DNA of 64,000 nucleotides. Origin: an uncultured archaeon. GTDB lineage: Archaea; Thermoproteota; Bathyarchaeia; Bathyarchaeales; Bathycorpusculaceae. The notes below the pieces were generated by a model that made no database searches, was not told the origin of the DNA, and saw only the letters and a list, made by a program, of their open reading frames with translations. The translations under genes were made by a program, and so were the position numbers. The stretch is taken from NCBI GenBank assembly GCA_963782915.1, contig CAWALK010000025.1:75704-139703 (forward strand), read 5' to 3'. Positions 32,549 to 43,920 of this stretch are shown here, in pieces; positions within the stretch are counted from its first letter, which is position 1, and every line of letters begins with the position of its first letter.

Positions 32549-33760
32549 TTAATGCTGCCGTTTTTTGAATACAAAAAAGGCAACTATAACTGTGGCTCCA
32601 ACTAAAACAACTGCAATTGTGATAATAATTGGCACAGGCACCGAAGTTACGGTGTTCGGTGTTGGGGCAGGTAGAGCCGTATCAATTGGTTGGGTAACTG
32701 GGTGATTATCCCTATTGTTTTGGTCAATAACGTACGCTCCATAGCCGTTGAAATCGCTCCAGTAATTCCCCGCAGCACCATTATCCCAAACAACAATGTC
32801 TGTGCCGTTTCCAGTATCACCCTCCACAGCATTAGCCGCAAAAACTCCTCCATAGCTAACAAACACTGAAACCGTATTGTTTTCTATATTGTTCCAGTTG
32901 ACCTGATTGTTTGCTCCAGCAGACTTTATCCCCGAAGGGTTAAAAATATAGTTGGAAAGGTAGAACCCAAAGTGGTTACCCCCAATACTGTTGCCAGTTA
33001 CGTCTGCGTTGTTGGTGCCTTCACCGAATTCTACTCCAAACCCCAAATTGTTACTGATAGTGTTGCCTTTAACGGTGAATGGGCCATTCCACTTTAAAAT
33101 TAAGCCCCCAGTAAAATTTTGGTAAATAGCATTGCCGTTGTTAAAAATTTTGTTTTGGCTTATCGTTACGTTTTCGCAGGAATCCACGATTATGCCTGCA
33201 TATTTGTTGTTGCTTAAGCTGTTGTTGGAGATGATGCTGTTGTTTGCAGTCATGTATATGCCAAAAACCTGGTTGTTATCAAAGTTGTTTCTTGAAATAA
33301 CCTGGTTAGCTCCGCCGATGTCTAAGCCGTTGTTGATGCCGTTTACGATGTTGTTGTCTGTGATTTTGCAGTTTGAACCGCTCACTTTAATGTTGGTAAC
33401 GCTTCCAGAAATTTTAAATCCTGAAATAGTTACGCCATCTGCTAAAGCCTTTATCCCTGCATCGCTGCCCCTGTAAAGGTGCTGAGTGAGAACTGTGTTT
33501 TCTTTATTTTCCCCTACAAGCGATATTGACTTGTTGATTGTTAATCCATCGGGGTAGTCTTCCAGAGTATAATGTCCCGATTTTACGAATATGGTGTCTC
33601 CATCGTTTGCGTTGTCAATGGCATCTTGTATGTTCCTGTATTGGTTAGGTACTGTGATTGTTTTGTTTTGGGCGAATACTGTCGACGGTTGAAAGAGAAA
33701 TAGAGCGATAAGAAAAATAACGATTGATAGTATGGCTACGGTTCTGCTGGTTTTTCGCAT
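32549..33760 (-). CDS. NosD/CASH parallel beta-helix surface protein
   Basis: ITVP..Y.NIQDAID.A..GDTIFV.SG.Y, N-rich beta-helix repeats, GNYWSDF, C-terminal TM. Confidence 0.88.
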   Translation of the reverse strand: MRKTSRTVAILSIVIFLIALFLFQPSTVFAQNKTITVPNQYRNIQDAIDNANDGDTIFVKSGHYTLEDYPDGLTINKSISLVGENKENTVLTQHLYRGSDAGIKALADGVTISGFKISGSVTNIKVSGSNCKITDNNIVNGINNGLDIGGANQVISRNNFDNNQVFGIYMTANNSIISNNSLSNNKYAGIIVDSCENVTISQNKIFNNGNAIYQNFTGGLILKWNGPFTVKGNTISNNLGFGVEFGEGTNNADVTGNSIGGNHFGFYLSNYIFNPSGIKSAGANNQVNWNNIENNTVSVFVSYGGVFAANAVEGDTGNGTDIVVWDNGAAGNYWSDFNGYGAYVIDQNNRDNHPVTQPIDTALPAPTPNTVTSVPVPIIITIAVVLVGATVIVAFFVFKKRQH

Positions 33761-33783
33761 AACCTCTCTTGCTATTTTGGGCG

Positions 33784-33840
33784 TTAAAAGCGTTCTTGTA
33801 AAGAAACGTTGACTAACGCTTGTCGATATTTCTGGACTAA
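33784..33840 (-). promoter_or_regulatory. Conserved operator array plus BRE/TATA for the NosD-like gene
   Basis: Reverse complement AGTCCA-N6-TCGACA-N6-AGTCAA-N6-TTTACA-AGAACGC-TTTTAA. Confidence 0.7.
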
Positions 33841-34028
33841 ATCTATCAGTTTGCAGTGATAAGGAAATCGATGTCAGGCTCTTGCGGAACGTTCGACAAG
33901 GGTCAAGCGGAGCGACGTTCCTTCCAACTTTCGTATTGATTGGTTTAGTAGGGCTTTTTTTTGGTAATTGTTTGTGGGGTTTTTTGGTGTAGGGTTGGTT
34001 TGGTGGTTGGGTGGGGGTAGGATGGTTG

Positions 34029-34083
34029 GGTCAAGGAACGTTGACTGGGCTTAGTCAAGAAACCTATACAAGAAGCCTTTAAA
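34029..34083 (+). promoter_or_regulatory. Conserved operator array plus BRE/TATA
   Basis: GGTCAA-N6-TTGACT-N6-AGTCAA-N6-TATACA-AGAAGCC-TTTAAA. Confidence 0.75.
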
Positions 34084-34117
34084 GGCAAACCCAAGCACAG
34101 GTTCAGTGGTAGCAGAC

Positions 34118-34993
34118 ATGAACAGAATAATCATCATAACACTCATAGCGATTCTCGCAGCCCCAAGCTTAACTGTCATCCAATTAGCATCAGCCGCTTC
34201 AACACCATCCGTACCTCAATTTACAGTAAAACAGGTCGATCGTTCATACGATGTTCCAGCAACATATGACATTGACCCCTATACTGGAAAAACAGTTATG
34301 ACACAAGAGGGGTACCATGTCCAGAACAATTCGGTTGAAGTTATTATTAAAAATCAACCCTATACATCCTACCGCAACGAAAATGGCTCCCTTGTTTGGC
34401 TATACTATCGCATCGTCTTTAAAGGGCATTTTGAAAGTTGGGACATCGAAAGATGGGATAGCGGTGCCATAAGCATGAAAATCTATGATTCATACCCTAC
34501 TGGCTACTGTGTTCCCAGTTCTCAATCAGGAAATACGGTTGTAGCGTACGGTATAGCTGGTGATAACGCTACCTATCCTTACTTCAACCATACAATAGAT
34601 AACATAACAGTTGGCGGTCAAATTGACTTTAAAATGCAAGCAATAATCGGCTACTCCACACGTATCAATGAAACAGATTTTTGGGGCGTTCCATTTGGTG
34701 AACCTGGTGAAACTCCACATTACTACATCTTCAGCGGACAAATCAGCGACTGGAGTGACACCAAAACAGTAACTATTGGCAGCCCCGAAGTCACAACAAC
34801 AGAACCACAATCGTCAACGCCGACTCCAATGATAGCAACCTCGCCTACACAGTCCCCGCAAGGTTCACAGCCCCCTCAGACAAGTTTTCTAAGCTTTGAT
34901 TGGGAGAAAGTAGCGATTGTTGGGTTGGTGGTGGCGGTCGCTGTTTTGGGAGTCGCTGTGGCGGTGCTTTGGCGCAGGAAGGCTCTAAAGTAG
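34118..34993 (+). CDS. Secreted surface protein (paralog of 31658-32449) with C-terminal TM
   Basis: PSVPQFTV..DRSYDVP..IDPYTG, KGHFE, QIDFKMQAIIG, SDWSDT. Confidence 0.8.
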   Translation: MNRIIIITLIAILAAPSLTVIQLASAASTPSVPQFTVKQVDRSYDVPATYDIDPYTGKTVMTQEGYHVQNNSVEVIIKNQPYTSYRNENGSLVWLYYRIVFKGHFESWDIERWDSGAISMKIYDSYPTGYCVPSSQSGNTVVAYGIAGDNATYPYFNHTIDNITVGGQIDFKMQAIIGYSTRINETDFWGVPFGEPGETPHYYIFSGQISDWSDTKTVTIGSPEVTTTEPQSSTPTPMIATSPTQSPQGSQPPQTSFLSFDWEKVAIVGLVVAVAVLGVAVAVLWRRKALK

Positions 34994-35000
34994 TTTTTGC

Positions 35001-35250
35001 CTTTTTATAGGGGGAGGGGGGTCTGTGCAGAGCAGCTAACGCGGCTTCTATGTTGCTATTTATAGAGGGGGGTCTAGTCGCAAGAGCAAGCGCTTGAGGC
35101 TGTTCTCCTGTTTGATTATGCTTTTTCTTTACTGCTTTTTATGGCACAAAATTGCTTATAGGCAGCGGCTGGGTTGGGTGCACTGGGCGGTTAAGTCCGA
35201 ATGGGCCATGCCGGTTACCCGACATACATTGCCCTGTCCATTGCTGTCTT
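35001..35250. repeat. Composite dispersed repeat (two CCCC-TATA modules on minus strand, module X 35147-35250)
   Basis: Aligns with 1123-1340 modules in a different order. Confidence 0.75.
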
Positions 35251-35445
35251 GAGAATTCAAAAGAAGACTCAACATACTTCCACAACCACAAACAACCAAA
35301 CCAACATAGTTGTGACAAAAAAACCTCGATCCCCACAACCCAACAGGCTCAAAAAAACAAGCTGAATACAAAACAGAGCCGCCTCCTCAAACAGACCTCT
35401 GGAAAATTTAAAACCGCCACAACCACACAAAGAAAAAAAAGCTCT

Positions 35446-36243
35446 TTAGGTTCCGAAGCGGCGTTTACGGCGCTGAAAAACCCTGATGGCTCTTAGTAAG
35501 TCGATGCGGCGGAAATCTGGCCAGTAAACATCCAAGAAGAACAGTTCACTGTACGCGGCTTGCCAAATGAGAAATCCGCTGAGCCTCTCCTCGCCTGAAG
35601 TGCGTATGATCATGTCGGGGTCTTGTTTAATCATGTGCGAAGTGTAGAGGTATTTTTCGAATGTGCCTTCAGTGATGTCGTCGATTTGCAGTTGGTTATC
35701 CTGCACTTTTTTAGCAATTCTTTTGGTTGCATCCACGATTTCTGCTCTGCCGCCGTAGGCAAAAGCGAAATTCCAAAAGTAACAATCATAATCCACCGTG
35801 GCTTGTTCAAGCTCGGTGATTATCGCTTGCAAACTGTCGGGCAACATGTTAATTCTGCCAAGAACCTTCACATGAACCTTATCTCGATGAACCCTCTCAT
35901 CAGTCAAAAGTTTACGGAATCTTTCCTCAGCAATCCGCATAATCTGATTAACTTCATCAGAATGCCGACCGAAATTTTCCGTAGAAAACGTGTAGAGCGT
36001 AACGTTTCTCACGCCGATTGAGTGGCACCAATCCAGAAGCTGCTCCACCGTATCTGCCCCTTCTCCGTGACCCCACTTATCTTTACGCAGCAACGGATGA
36101 ATTTCCTGCTCATTTGCCCACCGACGGTTTCCATCCAAAATAATCGCAATGTGCTCAGGCTGAACGCCGTTTTTAACTTGCTGCCACAGCCACTTTTCAT
36201 AGATCCTATAAATTCCAAGGACAGATAGAACTCTTTTAAGCAC
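35446..36243 (-). CDS. uppS: Polyprenyl diphosphate synthase (cis-prenyltransferase)
   Basis: HIAIILDGNRRWA, FSTENF, YGGRAEI, IRTSGEERLSGFL.WQ. Confidence 0.95.
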   Translation of the reverse strand: MLKRVLSVLGIYRIYEKWLWQQVKNGVQPEHIAIILDGNRRWANEQEIHPLLRKDKWGHGEGADTVEQLLDWCHSIGVRNVTLYTFSTENFGRHSDEVNQIMRIAEERFRKLLTDERVHRDKVHVKVLGRINMLPDSLQAIITELEQATVDYDCYFWNFAFAYGGRAEIVDATKRIAKKVQDNQLQIDDITEGTFEKYLYTSHMIKQDPDMIIRTSGEERLSGFLIWQAAYSELFFLDVYWPDFRRIDLLRAIRVFQRRKRRFGT

Positions 36244-36355
36244 TCATAGATCCTCTTGTAGTCAATTATTGGGCGTAATCTTAACGGTCTACAGGTTAAT
36301 CCCCGACTGTTTCAATTAAACATTACTCAAATCAGCCAAAACAAAGCCCTGAAAT

Positions 36356-37582
36356 TTAGAGCTCTTCAGGTTTTTCTTCTTTCTTAAAGAAGCCTTTCGC
36401 TGACCTATTCACGATGTATATTAGCAGCACTGAGGCGACACCGATAAGGATACCCACAATTATCGTGAAGAGGAATCCCGCGAAAATTTCGTTGCCAATA
36501 TTAACTTGAGTTGAATCTCCACGCGCATATGAGAGTATAAGTCCTCCGGTACTGTAGAGGATTCTGTTAAACCATGCAACCGTAACAATCAACGCTACGT
36601 TTCTTAGCAGTTTTGAATCACGTTCAAGATATAATCGTATGCTGCGTCCTAAGAGAACGATGCATATGCCCACTATCATTAGGTCTGCTACGCCTAACAC
36701 GAAGTAAGCCGCTATTATTGGGATCGCACCCAACCAGGCAGTTAACTCTGTTGGAAATGGCTGTGCACTGATGTTAACGTTTGTGATTCCTAAGTAAACG
36801 CTAACAGCAATACATAGAATGCCCGCGATAACGGTGTAATTTGAAATTTGAATCGGCAACGCCGGGGGCTCATAGGTTCTAGCCCAATTATAAAAGTCCT
36901 TAGTGGCCCTATCAACGCCAAAGCCTTTAAGCAGCAAGAAACCGCCTACAACGATGACTATGGCTATGCCGTACATGTAGATGGCACCTGGAATAAAATA
37001 GTTAATCCCCCAAAGAATACCAAAAATCAGTACAAGTATTCCCGGTAAACCCAGTGCTATACGTGAATATCGGGGGTTATCAACGAGTAATCGGACATAT
37101 TTTGTGAAGACTGCCGCTGTTTCTTCGATGGATTCACTGTGCTTTATAACTATGCGTCGAACGGAAGAAACTGGCACTCTGGATTGCACCAGCGGCAGAA
37201 CTGCTTCGTCGGAGAAACCATCTGAAACCAGTATAACCTCGTTAGCGTTGAAGGATTCCTGTAGACTGTTGAGTTCCCCGACTAATTTGCGGTCAGCGTT
37301 AACGCTGCCTAAGTCGGTTCCGGAGATGGTTGCAACTTCGAAGACTTCGTCGGGTTGCCTCTCACTGTATAATCGGTCATATAACCTGACGGCTTCAAAC
37401 ATTGCGTTGGCATCGGGTTCCTCAGGATCCTTAAGGGCAAGCGCAACTGCACCGTCAAGATTGGCGGGTCTGCCCAAAAGCGGGGTTTTAATACCTGCTT
37501 TAGTTTCAAGATCGCCATCTCTATCGACACATAAAATGAGGATACGCTTTTGCGTCTGCTGATGCGTTTCCCGCTTAGCCAT
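36356..37582 (-). CDS. DUF373 family membrane protein
   Basis: LILCVDRDGDL...DPEEPDAN; typical neighbour of uppS. Confidence 0.85.
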   Translation of the reverse strand: MAKRETHQQTQKRILILCVDRDGDLETKAGIKTPLLGRPANLDGAVALALKDPEEPDANAMFEAVRLYDRLYSERQPDEVFEVATISGTDLGSVNADRKLVGELNSLQESFNANEVILVSDGFSDEAVLPLVQSRVPVSSVRRIVIKHSESIEETAAVFTKYVRLLVDNPRYSRIALGLPGILVLIFGILWGINYFIPGAIYMYGIAIVIVVGGFLLLKGFGVDRATKDFYNWARTYEPPALPIQISNYTVIAGILCIAVSVYLGITNVNISAQPFPTELTAWLGAIPIIAAYFVLGVADLMIVGICIVLLGRSIRLYLERDSKLLRNVALIVTVAWFNRILYSTGGLILSYARGDSTQVNIGNEIFAGFLFTIIVGILIGVASVLLIYIVNRSAKGFFKKEEKPEEL

Positions 37583-37618
37583 CGAAATCTCTATCTCTTT
37601 TAATACAGGTACTTAACT

Positions 37619-38566
37619 TTAAGCTTGCGTTTCAGCCTCGTCATCTTCGTCATCGCCGGCCATCATTGCAAAGTCTTCCCAGTTGACTTTTTCGCCGCGG
37701 CTTAATTTTTCTCGGGCTTCGCCGCCGATTTTTTCTTTGATTTCTTTCTCTTTAAGCGCGCGTTCGGCTTGTTCCTGTTTGCGTCGTTCTTCTTGGTCTT
37801 TGCGTCTGACATCTTCATCTTTTCTTCTAGTCTGGTATTGTTCACGCATTGTAGTTCTAAGGCCAGTGCCTTGGCTGATTAATAGGCGAATCTGTTCATA
37901 GACAAGGTTGTTTTGGTCCTTGGCTTTGAGGAATGATTGATGTAGACTGTCTGCTTCTTCGCGATCTCTTTTCATGGCGTTGACTTTTTCCATTAAGACA
38001 GCATGCAAGTCTTGGCTTTTCTTAGCTAACTCTGTTAATTCTTTATGGTAAACATCTGCTTGAGCATCAAAGGTTTTGCGGTGTTCAAGGAGTTCCTTGA
38101 TTTTCTTGTGTTGGTTATCAATTTTTTTGTAGCCGCTGAGTTGAATTTCAAGTTCTTTGACTTGCTCGATGAGTCTTTTCTCTTCTTGTATGTCCACCGT
38201 AGTTGTGGCGATTTTGAATTCGAGTTCCTCAAGATCCTTCTTTGTTTCTCTATAGTTAATGTTAGGGAGATTCTTTTTGAGGGTGTCGATTTTTTCGTTT
38301 AAAGCGTTAACTTCCGCCATTATGGGTGCTACGTTAACCCTGACGGCGTCGCGTTGCTGTTTTAGCTGCTTAACCTTCTCGTTTAAGGCGTCCCGCTCAG
38401 CTTTCATTGCATTTACTTCTTCACGGGTCTTGCGGACCTTCTCGTGAAGCATGTCCCGTTTTTCGATGAACTTTTTAATTTGAGCGTTTGTATCCTGAGT
38501 TTGCTCTTTTAGTCTATCGATCTGGACGTTGATGTTTGATATTTGGCTCGGGTTTTTCTCGGTCAA
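37619..38566 (-). CDS. Archaeal long coiled-coil protein
   Basis: Continuous heptads, LEELEFKIATT..EEKRLIEQVKEL, terminal GEKVNWEDF. Confidence 0.8.
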   Translation of the reverse strand: MTEKNPSQISNINVQIDRLKEQTQDTNAQIKKFIEKRDMLHEKVRKTREEVNAMKAERDALNEKVKQLKQQRDAVRVNVAPIMAEVNALNEKIDTLKKNLPNINYRETKKDLEELEFKIATTTVDIQEEKRLIEQVKELEIQLSGYKKIDNQHKKIKELLEHRKTFDAQADVYHKELTELAKKSQDLHAVLMEKVNAMKRDREEADSLHQSFLKAKDQNNLVYEQIRLLISQGTGLRTTMREQYQTRRKDEDVRRKDQEERRKQEQAERALKEKEIKEKIGGEAREKLSRGEKVNWEDFAMMAGDDEDDEAETQA

Positions 38567-38733
38567 ACGTTAGCCTTCTGAAGTGAGTAGTAGTTACCTA
38601 CGATGTACCTTTCCAATTTATAATTGTTACTTAAAATCAACCATTAAAACCCATCGGAAAGCCCGTTTCTAGCATTATTTCTATTATAATTCTTAAATAT
38701 GTGCTTGGACCATCTTTGGTGTGAAGTGTAAAC

Positions 38734-39144
38734 ATGACCTTCAATTACGATGATCTGCTTAAACGTGCGTCAGAACAAATGCCAGAAGTTCAAGCTAAAA
38801 AGGAACGCTTAGAACTACCCAGAATCCAGATTCAAACAGTTGGCATGCGCACAACAATCGCAAACTTCAAAGAAATCGCTGACGCCCTCGACCGTGACCC
38901 CCAGCACGTCATAAAATTCTTAACTCGCGAAATGGCAACCGCCGCCACATTCCATGATTCACGCGCTATCTTCCAAGGAAAATTCCGATCAGACAGCTTC
39001 GAGCGACTAATAACGAGATACCTTGACGCCTATGTTGTATGTCCAGTATGCAAAAGGCCCGATACAAAAATCGTTAAAGAAAAACGCTTAGCCTTCCTAG
39101 TTTGCAATGCATGCGGTGCAAAATCATCGATTAAACAATTATAG
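38734..39144 (+). CDS. eif2b: Translation initiation factor aIF-2 beta
   Basis: NFKEIADALDRDPQH, CPVCKRPDT..CNACGA. Confidence 0.95.
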   Translation: MTFNYDDLLKRASEQMPEVQAKKERLELPRIQIQTVGMRTTIANFKEIADALDRDPQHVIKFLTREMATAATFHDSRAIFQGKFRSDSFERLITRYLDAYVVCPVCKRPDTKIVKEKRLAFLVCNACGAKSSIKQL

Positions 39145-39145
39145 G

Positions 39146-39454
39146 ATGAAACCGAGTTTGGATGTTTACCTAAACGTTAAAAAAGTTGGACAAAACGTGG
39201 TCTTAGCAGTCTGTGACTGTGACCTCTTAGGTAAAACGCTTAGGGAAGGAAAAATCGTTTTCCACATCAAAAACGAATTCTACAACGGTAGAAAAGCCTC
39301 CCTTGACGAAGCAGTGGGCTTAATCGGGCACTCTACAATCGTGAATTTGGTGGGCAAGAACTGCGTGGAGGAAGCTATCTCACAGGGTTATGTTCATCCT
39401 GAAGCGGTTATAAGGATTGAAGGCGTTCCCCACGCCCAAATCATGAAGTTCTAA
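39146..39454 (+). CDS. DUF424 family protein
   Basis: VLAVCDCDLLGKT..FYNG..IVNLVG..PHAQ. Confidence 0.88.
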   Translation: MKPSLDVYLNVKKVGQNVVLAVCDCDLLGKTLREGKIVFHIKNEFYNGRKASLDEAVGLIGHSTIVNLVGKNCVEEAISQGYVHPEAVIRIEGVPHAQIMKF

Positions 39455-40203
39455 ACTGCTTCTGCTTCTTGAACAATTAAGGGCTTAATAACGCCTGTTT
39501 CAACGGACTTTTTTGTTTCAATTATGCCCCCTTTTAGGAGTATATCTTTAGCTTTGGGGCCTTCGTTGAAGAGCAAATCAATAATTGACATGTTAGGTTC
39601 AAAGCCGCTGAAACATTGATTGTACGTTGGGTGTTCATAACTGTGCCATTGCACGTTAATGTTGGCTTCGGTGAATTGGTTCTCTTTGACATAGTTTTTG
39701 CCTCCTGAACCAGAGAGGTAGGAGTCTGCACCGAGGAATTTGCACATGGAAACTAATTTCTCGTTTTTCTCTGTACCCGCATAGGGGAACTCGGAGGAGC
39801 GCATCATCTGAACTTTTATATCTAAGAATTCAGCGATTGCTTTAATGAAATGCAGGTTTAACCCGATTAATAGTTCATGGTTAGAGTTTATTGCATCTTT
39901 TATGAGCGGATAGTATTCTTTGAAGTAGGGGGTTTTTTGGTAGTGGAACTGGATGCTGTTTAGTTGTTTGTTTTTCCACTGCTCACCCGCGATTTTTACG
40001 TCTTTGATTGTTTGGGGGTGACCATGGGTGATGGGGATAGTGAGCCATTCCCAGCCTCTGGCGGTTCGGATGCGGTTTCTGTTATGGAATCCGCCATGCT
40101 GGTATTGGGCATCATCGTAGATGACATATGTATCGCATCTGGCTAGCTTGTCGAAGAAGCCCAGCCATGGTATGTATTCGGGTTGGTGGACAAAAACTAT
40201 CAT
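39451..40203 (-). CDS. WbqC family protein
   Basis: HQPEYIPWLGFFDK..YDDAQY..NRNRI..SIIDLLFN. Confidence 0.9.
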   Translation of the reverse strand: MIVFVHQPEYIPWLGFFDKLARCDTYVIYDDAQYQHGGFHNRNRIRTARGWEWLTIPITHGHPQTIKDVKIAGEQWKNKQLNSIQFHYQKTPYFKEYYPLIKDAINSNHELLIGLNLHFIKAIAEFLDIKVQMMRSSEFPYAGTEKNEKLVSMCKFLGADSYLSGSGGKNYVKENQFTEANINVQWHSYEHPTYNQCFSGFEPNMSIIDLLFNEGPKAKDILLKGGIIETKKSVETGVIKPLIVQEAEAV

Positions 40204-40435
40204 TGCTACTCCTCAAATGGGGAAGCTGCAATGTCTTTTACAAGGGAAACTGCCTCAGAGCAATATTGTTGGCATGCAAGGGATTTGATAGGGATAGCTC
40301 AAAAGGTGTTTGTTTATGCGACATTTTTGATTGCTTTTGAAATTGTCTTCAAAAACAAAACAGCCTCTGCTATAATTGATCAAAATCGTTTTTATAAGGA
40401 CTAGTTGTACCCATCTGATATCACAATGGTCACTG

Positions 40436-41584
40436 CTACTGTAGGCTAGCGGCGGCTTCTGCTAGCAGTTTACGTACTGGCAGATGTTGGGGGCAAATGT
40501 TTTCGCATTGGCCGCAGTGGATGCAGTTGTTTGCTCTGCGCTCAAAGGGTACGGCTTGTGCGTATTGCTGTTTTATTCGTTCTTGTTCTGATGGTTCTCG
40601 GCGTTTGGTTGCGTACTCGTTTAGGAAGGCCAGTGTTACTGGTATGTCGATGCTTTGTGGGCATTTGCTGCAGTAGTGGCATTTGCTGCATCCGATGTAG
40701 CCGCATTTCTGGAAGAGTTCCCGCGATTTCGATAAGGCGTCGATTTCTATTTGGGTGAGTGTGTTTGGTCCCGAATTGTTTGCGCTCTTAAGGTTCTGCT
40801 CGACTTGTGCCATCGAGTTCATGCCGCTCAAAGCCAATGCGACTTCAGGCTGGTTCCAGACCCATTGCAACCCCCAATCGGCAGGCGCCCGTTTTATGCC
40901 TGTTTTGTCCCATTCCTGCTGAATTTCCTCCGGAGGCTTAACTGCCAATAATCCGCCTGCAAGAGGCTCCATAACTATGACGGCTAAACCTTTTTGAGCT
41001 GCATACTTCAAGCCGGCTACTCCCGCTTGATAGTGCTCGTCAAGATAGTTGTATTGGATTTGGCAAAACGTCCAATCCTTGTAGCCATCCAGTATCTCTT
41101 TGAATACGTCGTATTCGTCGTGGAAGCTAAAGCCCAAATAGCCAATTTTGCCTTCAGCTATTTGATGTTCGGCCCAATCGATGATGTCGAGTTCTTTTAC
41201 TTTGTCCCATGTAGGCTTCATCAACGCGTGTAGCAGGTAGAAGTCAATGCAGTCGGTTTTTAGCCGCTTGAGTTGAGTTTCAAAAATTCCGTCAAGGTCT
41301 TCCTTGTTTTGAACGGAGAAAACCGGCATTTTAGTGGCGATTTTAACTTTGCTGCGGTACCCGTCTTCTAAGGCTTTGCCGAGAACTACTTCGCTGTTGC
41401 CTTCATGGTAAACGTAGGCTGAATCGACATAGTTTACGCCTGCGTCGATGGCGTAGCGTATGAGTTTGATGGCTTCAGGTTCGTTTATGGCTGATTGGTC
41501 TGTGCCATTGATTGGGAGGCGCATGGTTCCGAAGCCTAATGCGGAGGCTTTCCAGTCGAGTTTGCCGAAGGGACGATATTGCAA
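40436..41584 (-). CDS. Aldo/keto reductase with C-terminal 4Fe-4S domain
   Basis: LGFGTMRLP, GVNYVDSAYVY, GFSFH, MEPL.GG, CIHCGQCENICPQHL. Confidence 0.92.
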   Translation of the reverse strand: MQYRPFGKLDWKASALGFGTMRLPINGTDQSAINEPEAIKLIRYAIDAGVNYVDSAYVYHEGNSEVVLGKALEDGYRSKVKIATKMPVFSVQNKEDLDGIFETQLKRLKTDCIDFYLLHALMKPTWDKVKELDIIDWAEHQIAEGKIGYLGFSFHDEYDVFKEILDGYKDWTFCQIQYNYLDEHYQAGVAGLKYAAQKGLAVIVMEPLAGGLLAVKPPEEIQQEWDKTGIKRAPADWGLQWVWNQPEVALALSGMNSMAQVEQNLKSANNSGPNTLTQIEIDALSKSRELFQKCGYIGCSKCHYCSKCPQSIDIPVTLAFLNEYATKRREPSEQERIKQQYAQAVPFERRANNCIHCGQCENICPQHLPVRKLLAEAAASLQ

Positions 41585-42011
41585 TAAAACACCATTTGAA
41601 CTACGGGTTATATGTGATTAATAGGTTTGGTGTTGTCAAGTGGCAACTATGAAATGCGTTTTTGTTGCTTTTATTTTCGGTCTTTAATGTAATTTATCCA
41701 TTGTTTATGTCTTTGTGCGGTTATTTTTACCTGTTTTCATAACTTTTATGAACAAATCTTAACTACCTTTAAATTTGCTGCATAACCATTCAAACCAAAG
41801 CTCAGTCAGAATAAAAGGCGAAACAACAATGGCCCAAAAAGTAATTCAAACAGGAAAATATTCGAGATTCAAATCAGCGCCCGGAACCAAACATACCCAT
41901 AGGTTTCGCAATCGGAAAAAATAAAATACTTCAATTACCTAAGAAGGCTATTGAGTTGTCCACCTAATCAACCATTTTCATTATCATTGAGCATCACTTG
42001 AGGTTTAAATC

Positions 42012-43686
42012 ATGTGTGGAATCGTAGGAATAACAAACATCACAGAGCCAATTCCCCAGGCAAGAAGCAAAGCCCTGAAAATGGCTACCAAACTACGGCA
42101 TCGCGGACCCGACTGGAGCGGCATATTCAGCGACGAGAAAGCAATCCTTGCCCATGAGCGGCTCTCAATCGTCGACGTGGAACATGGCGCACAACCATTG
42201 TTTGATAAGCAAAACGGCAACGTCTTGGCCGTTAACGGTGAAATCTATAACCATATTGCCCTTCGCAGCCAACTGAGAAAAGAGCATCTGTGGCAGACAA
42301 AATCTGACTGCGAAGTAATCCTCTACCTCTACGACGAATACGGCCCAGAATTCCTAAACATGCTAAACGGCATGTTCGCATTCATACTCTACGACAAAAG
42401 CAGAGGCGTATTCTTCGTTGCCAGAGACCACATAGGCATCATACCACTCTACATCGGTTGGGATGACAACGGAACCTTCTATGTAGCCAGCGAAATGAAA
42501 GCCCTAAACGATTACTGCACAACCGTCAAAGAGTTCCCGCCTGGGCATTACCTGATGGGTACCGGCGGGGAAGACTTTGTTAAATGGTACAAACCCCAAT
42601 GGGCTGAGACGATACCGACAAAAAAGCTTGACCTCTCAGAGTTGCGGGATGCCTTGGAGAAATCCGTGAAAGGCCAAATGATGTCCGATGTGCCCTATGG
42701 CGTTCTAATCTCAGGCGGCTTAGACTCGTCGCTCATAGCGGCTATTGCTTCAAAGTACCGCAAGAAACGGGTTGAATCAGGCGACCAAGAAGAAGCATGG
42801 TGGCCAAGGCTGCACTCATTCTCAGTGGGCTTAGCAGATTCCCCTGACATGAAATATGCAAGGAAAGTCGCCCAATACATCGGAACCGTACACCACGAAA
42901 TCGTCTTCACAATCCAGGAAGGCTTCGATGCCATACGAGACGTAATCTATCATTTAGAAACCTTCGATGTAACAACCATCCGAGCTGCAACACCGATGTA
43001 TCTTATGGCCCGAAAAATCAAATCCATGGGCATAAAAATGGTCCTATCCGGCGAAGGCGCAGACGAAGTCTTCGGAGGTTACCTCTACTTCCACAAAGCC
43101 CCCAACAAACAGGAATTCTACGAAGAAACAGTCCGCAAACTCCAGATGCTAAGCAAATACGATTGCCTGCGTGCCAACAAAGCTACTGCCGCTTGGGGCG
43201 TTGAAACCCGAGTGCCCTTTTTGGATAAGGAGTTTCTGGATTTTGCTATGAGCTTTGACCCTGAAGAAAAAATGTGCTGCGACAAAATCGAGAAGTATGT
43301 ACTACGAAAAGCCTTTGAGGGCTATATTCCTGAGGAGATACTGTGGCGCCAAAAAGAGCAGTTCAGCGACGGCGTCGGCTACGGCTGGATAGACTACCTC
43401 AAAGCTCATGCCGAGGGCTGCAGTGACTGATGAAATGATGGCGAGAGCAAAAACCCGTTTCCCCATACAGACACCGAACTCTAAAGAAGAATATTATTAC
43501 CGCCAAATCTTCGACAGCTATTTCACTTGCCCAACAGCGGCGTTAACGGTGCCAGTGGGGCCGACGATTGCATGTTCGACTCCGACGGCGTTTAGGTGGA
43601 GCAAGGAATTCGCCAAACATGCGGACCCTTCGGGACGCTCGATTAAGGCGCATGAGCACACGGTAGACAAGGTAGCGTCGAAATAG
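42012..43686 (+). CDS. asnB: Asparagine synthetase B (frameshift near 43415)
   Basis: MCGI, HRGPDWSG, NGEIYNH, SGGLDSS, SGEGADE, WRQKEQFSDGVG, DPSGR. Confidence 0.95.
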
Positions 43687-43728
43687 CTTTTATCTTTTTT
43701 CTTTTTTTATTACCTGTTTGGAGCTTTT

Positions 43729-43920
43729 TTAGGGCCCTGAAAATATATCAGAATACCCTTCGAGGAATCCGAATGCGATTCCAAGAATATACGCAGCAAA
43801 CAAAAATAGCACACCAAAAATCGCAAGACCAGGACCACTGCCTTCGCCAAATCCGTAAATTGAAAATATGACGCCAAGAACAAGTAAAATCGCACCGACA
43901 ACGGCAAAACCCACAACCAA
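43729..43920 (-). CDS. Small two-TM membrane protein
   Basis: Hydrophobic ORF; start uncertain. Confidence 0.45.
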   Translation of the reverse strand: MVVGFAVVGAILLVLGVIFSIYGFGEGSGPGLAIFGVLFLFAAYILGIAFGFLEGYSDIFSGP

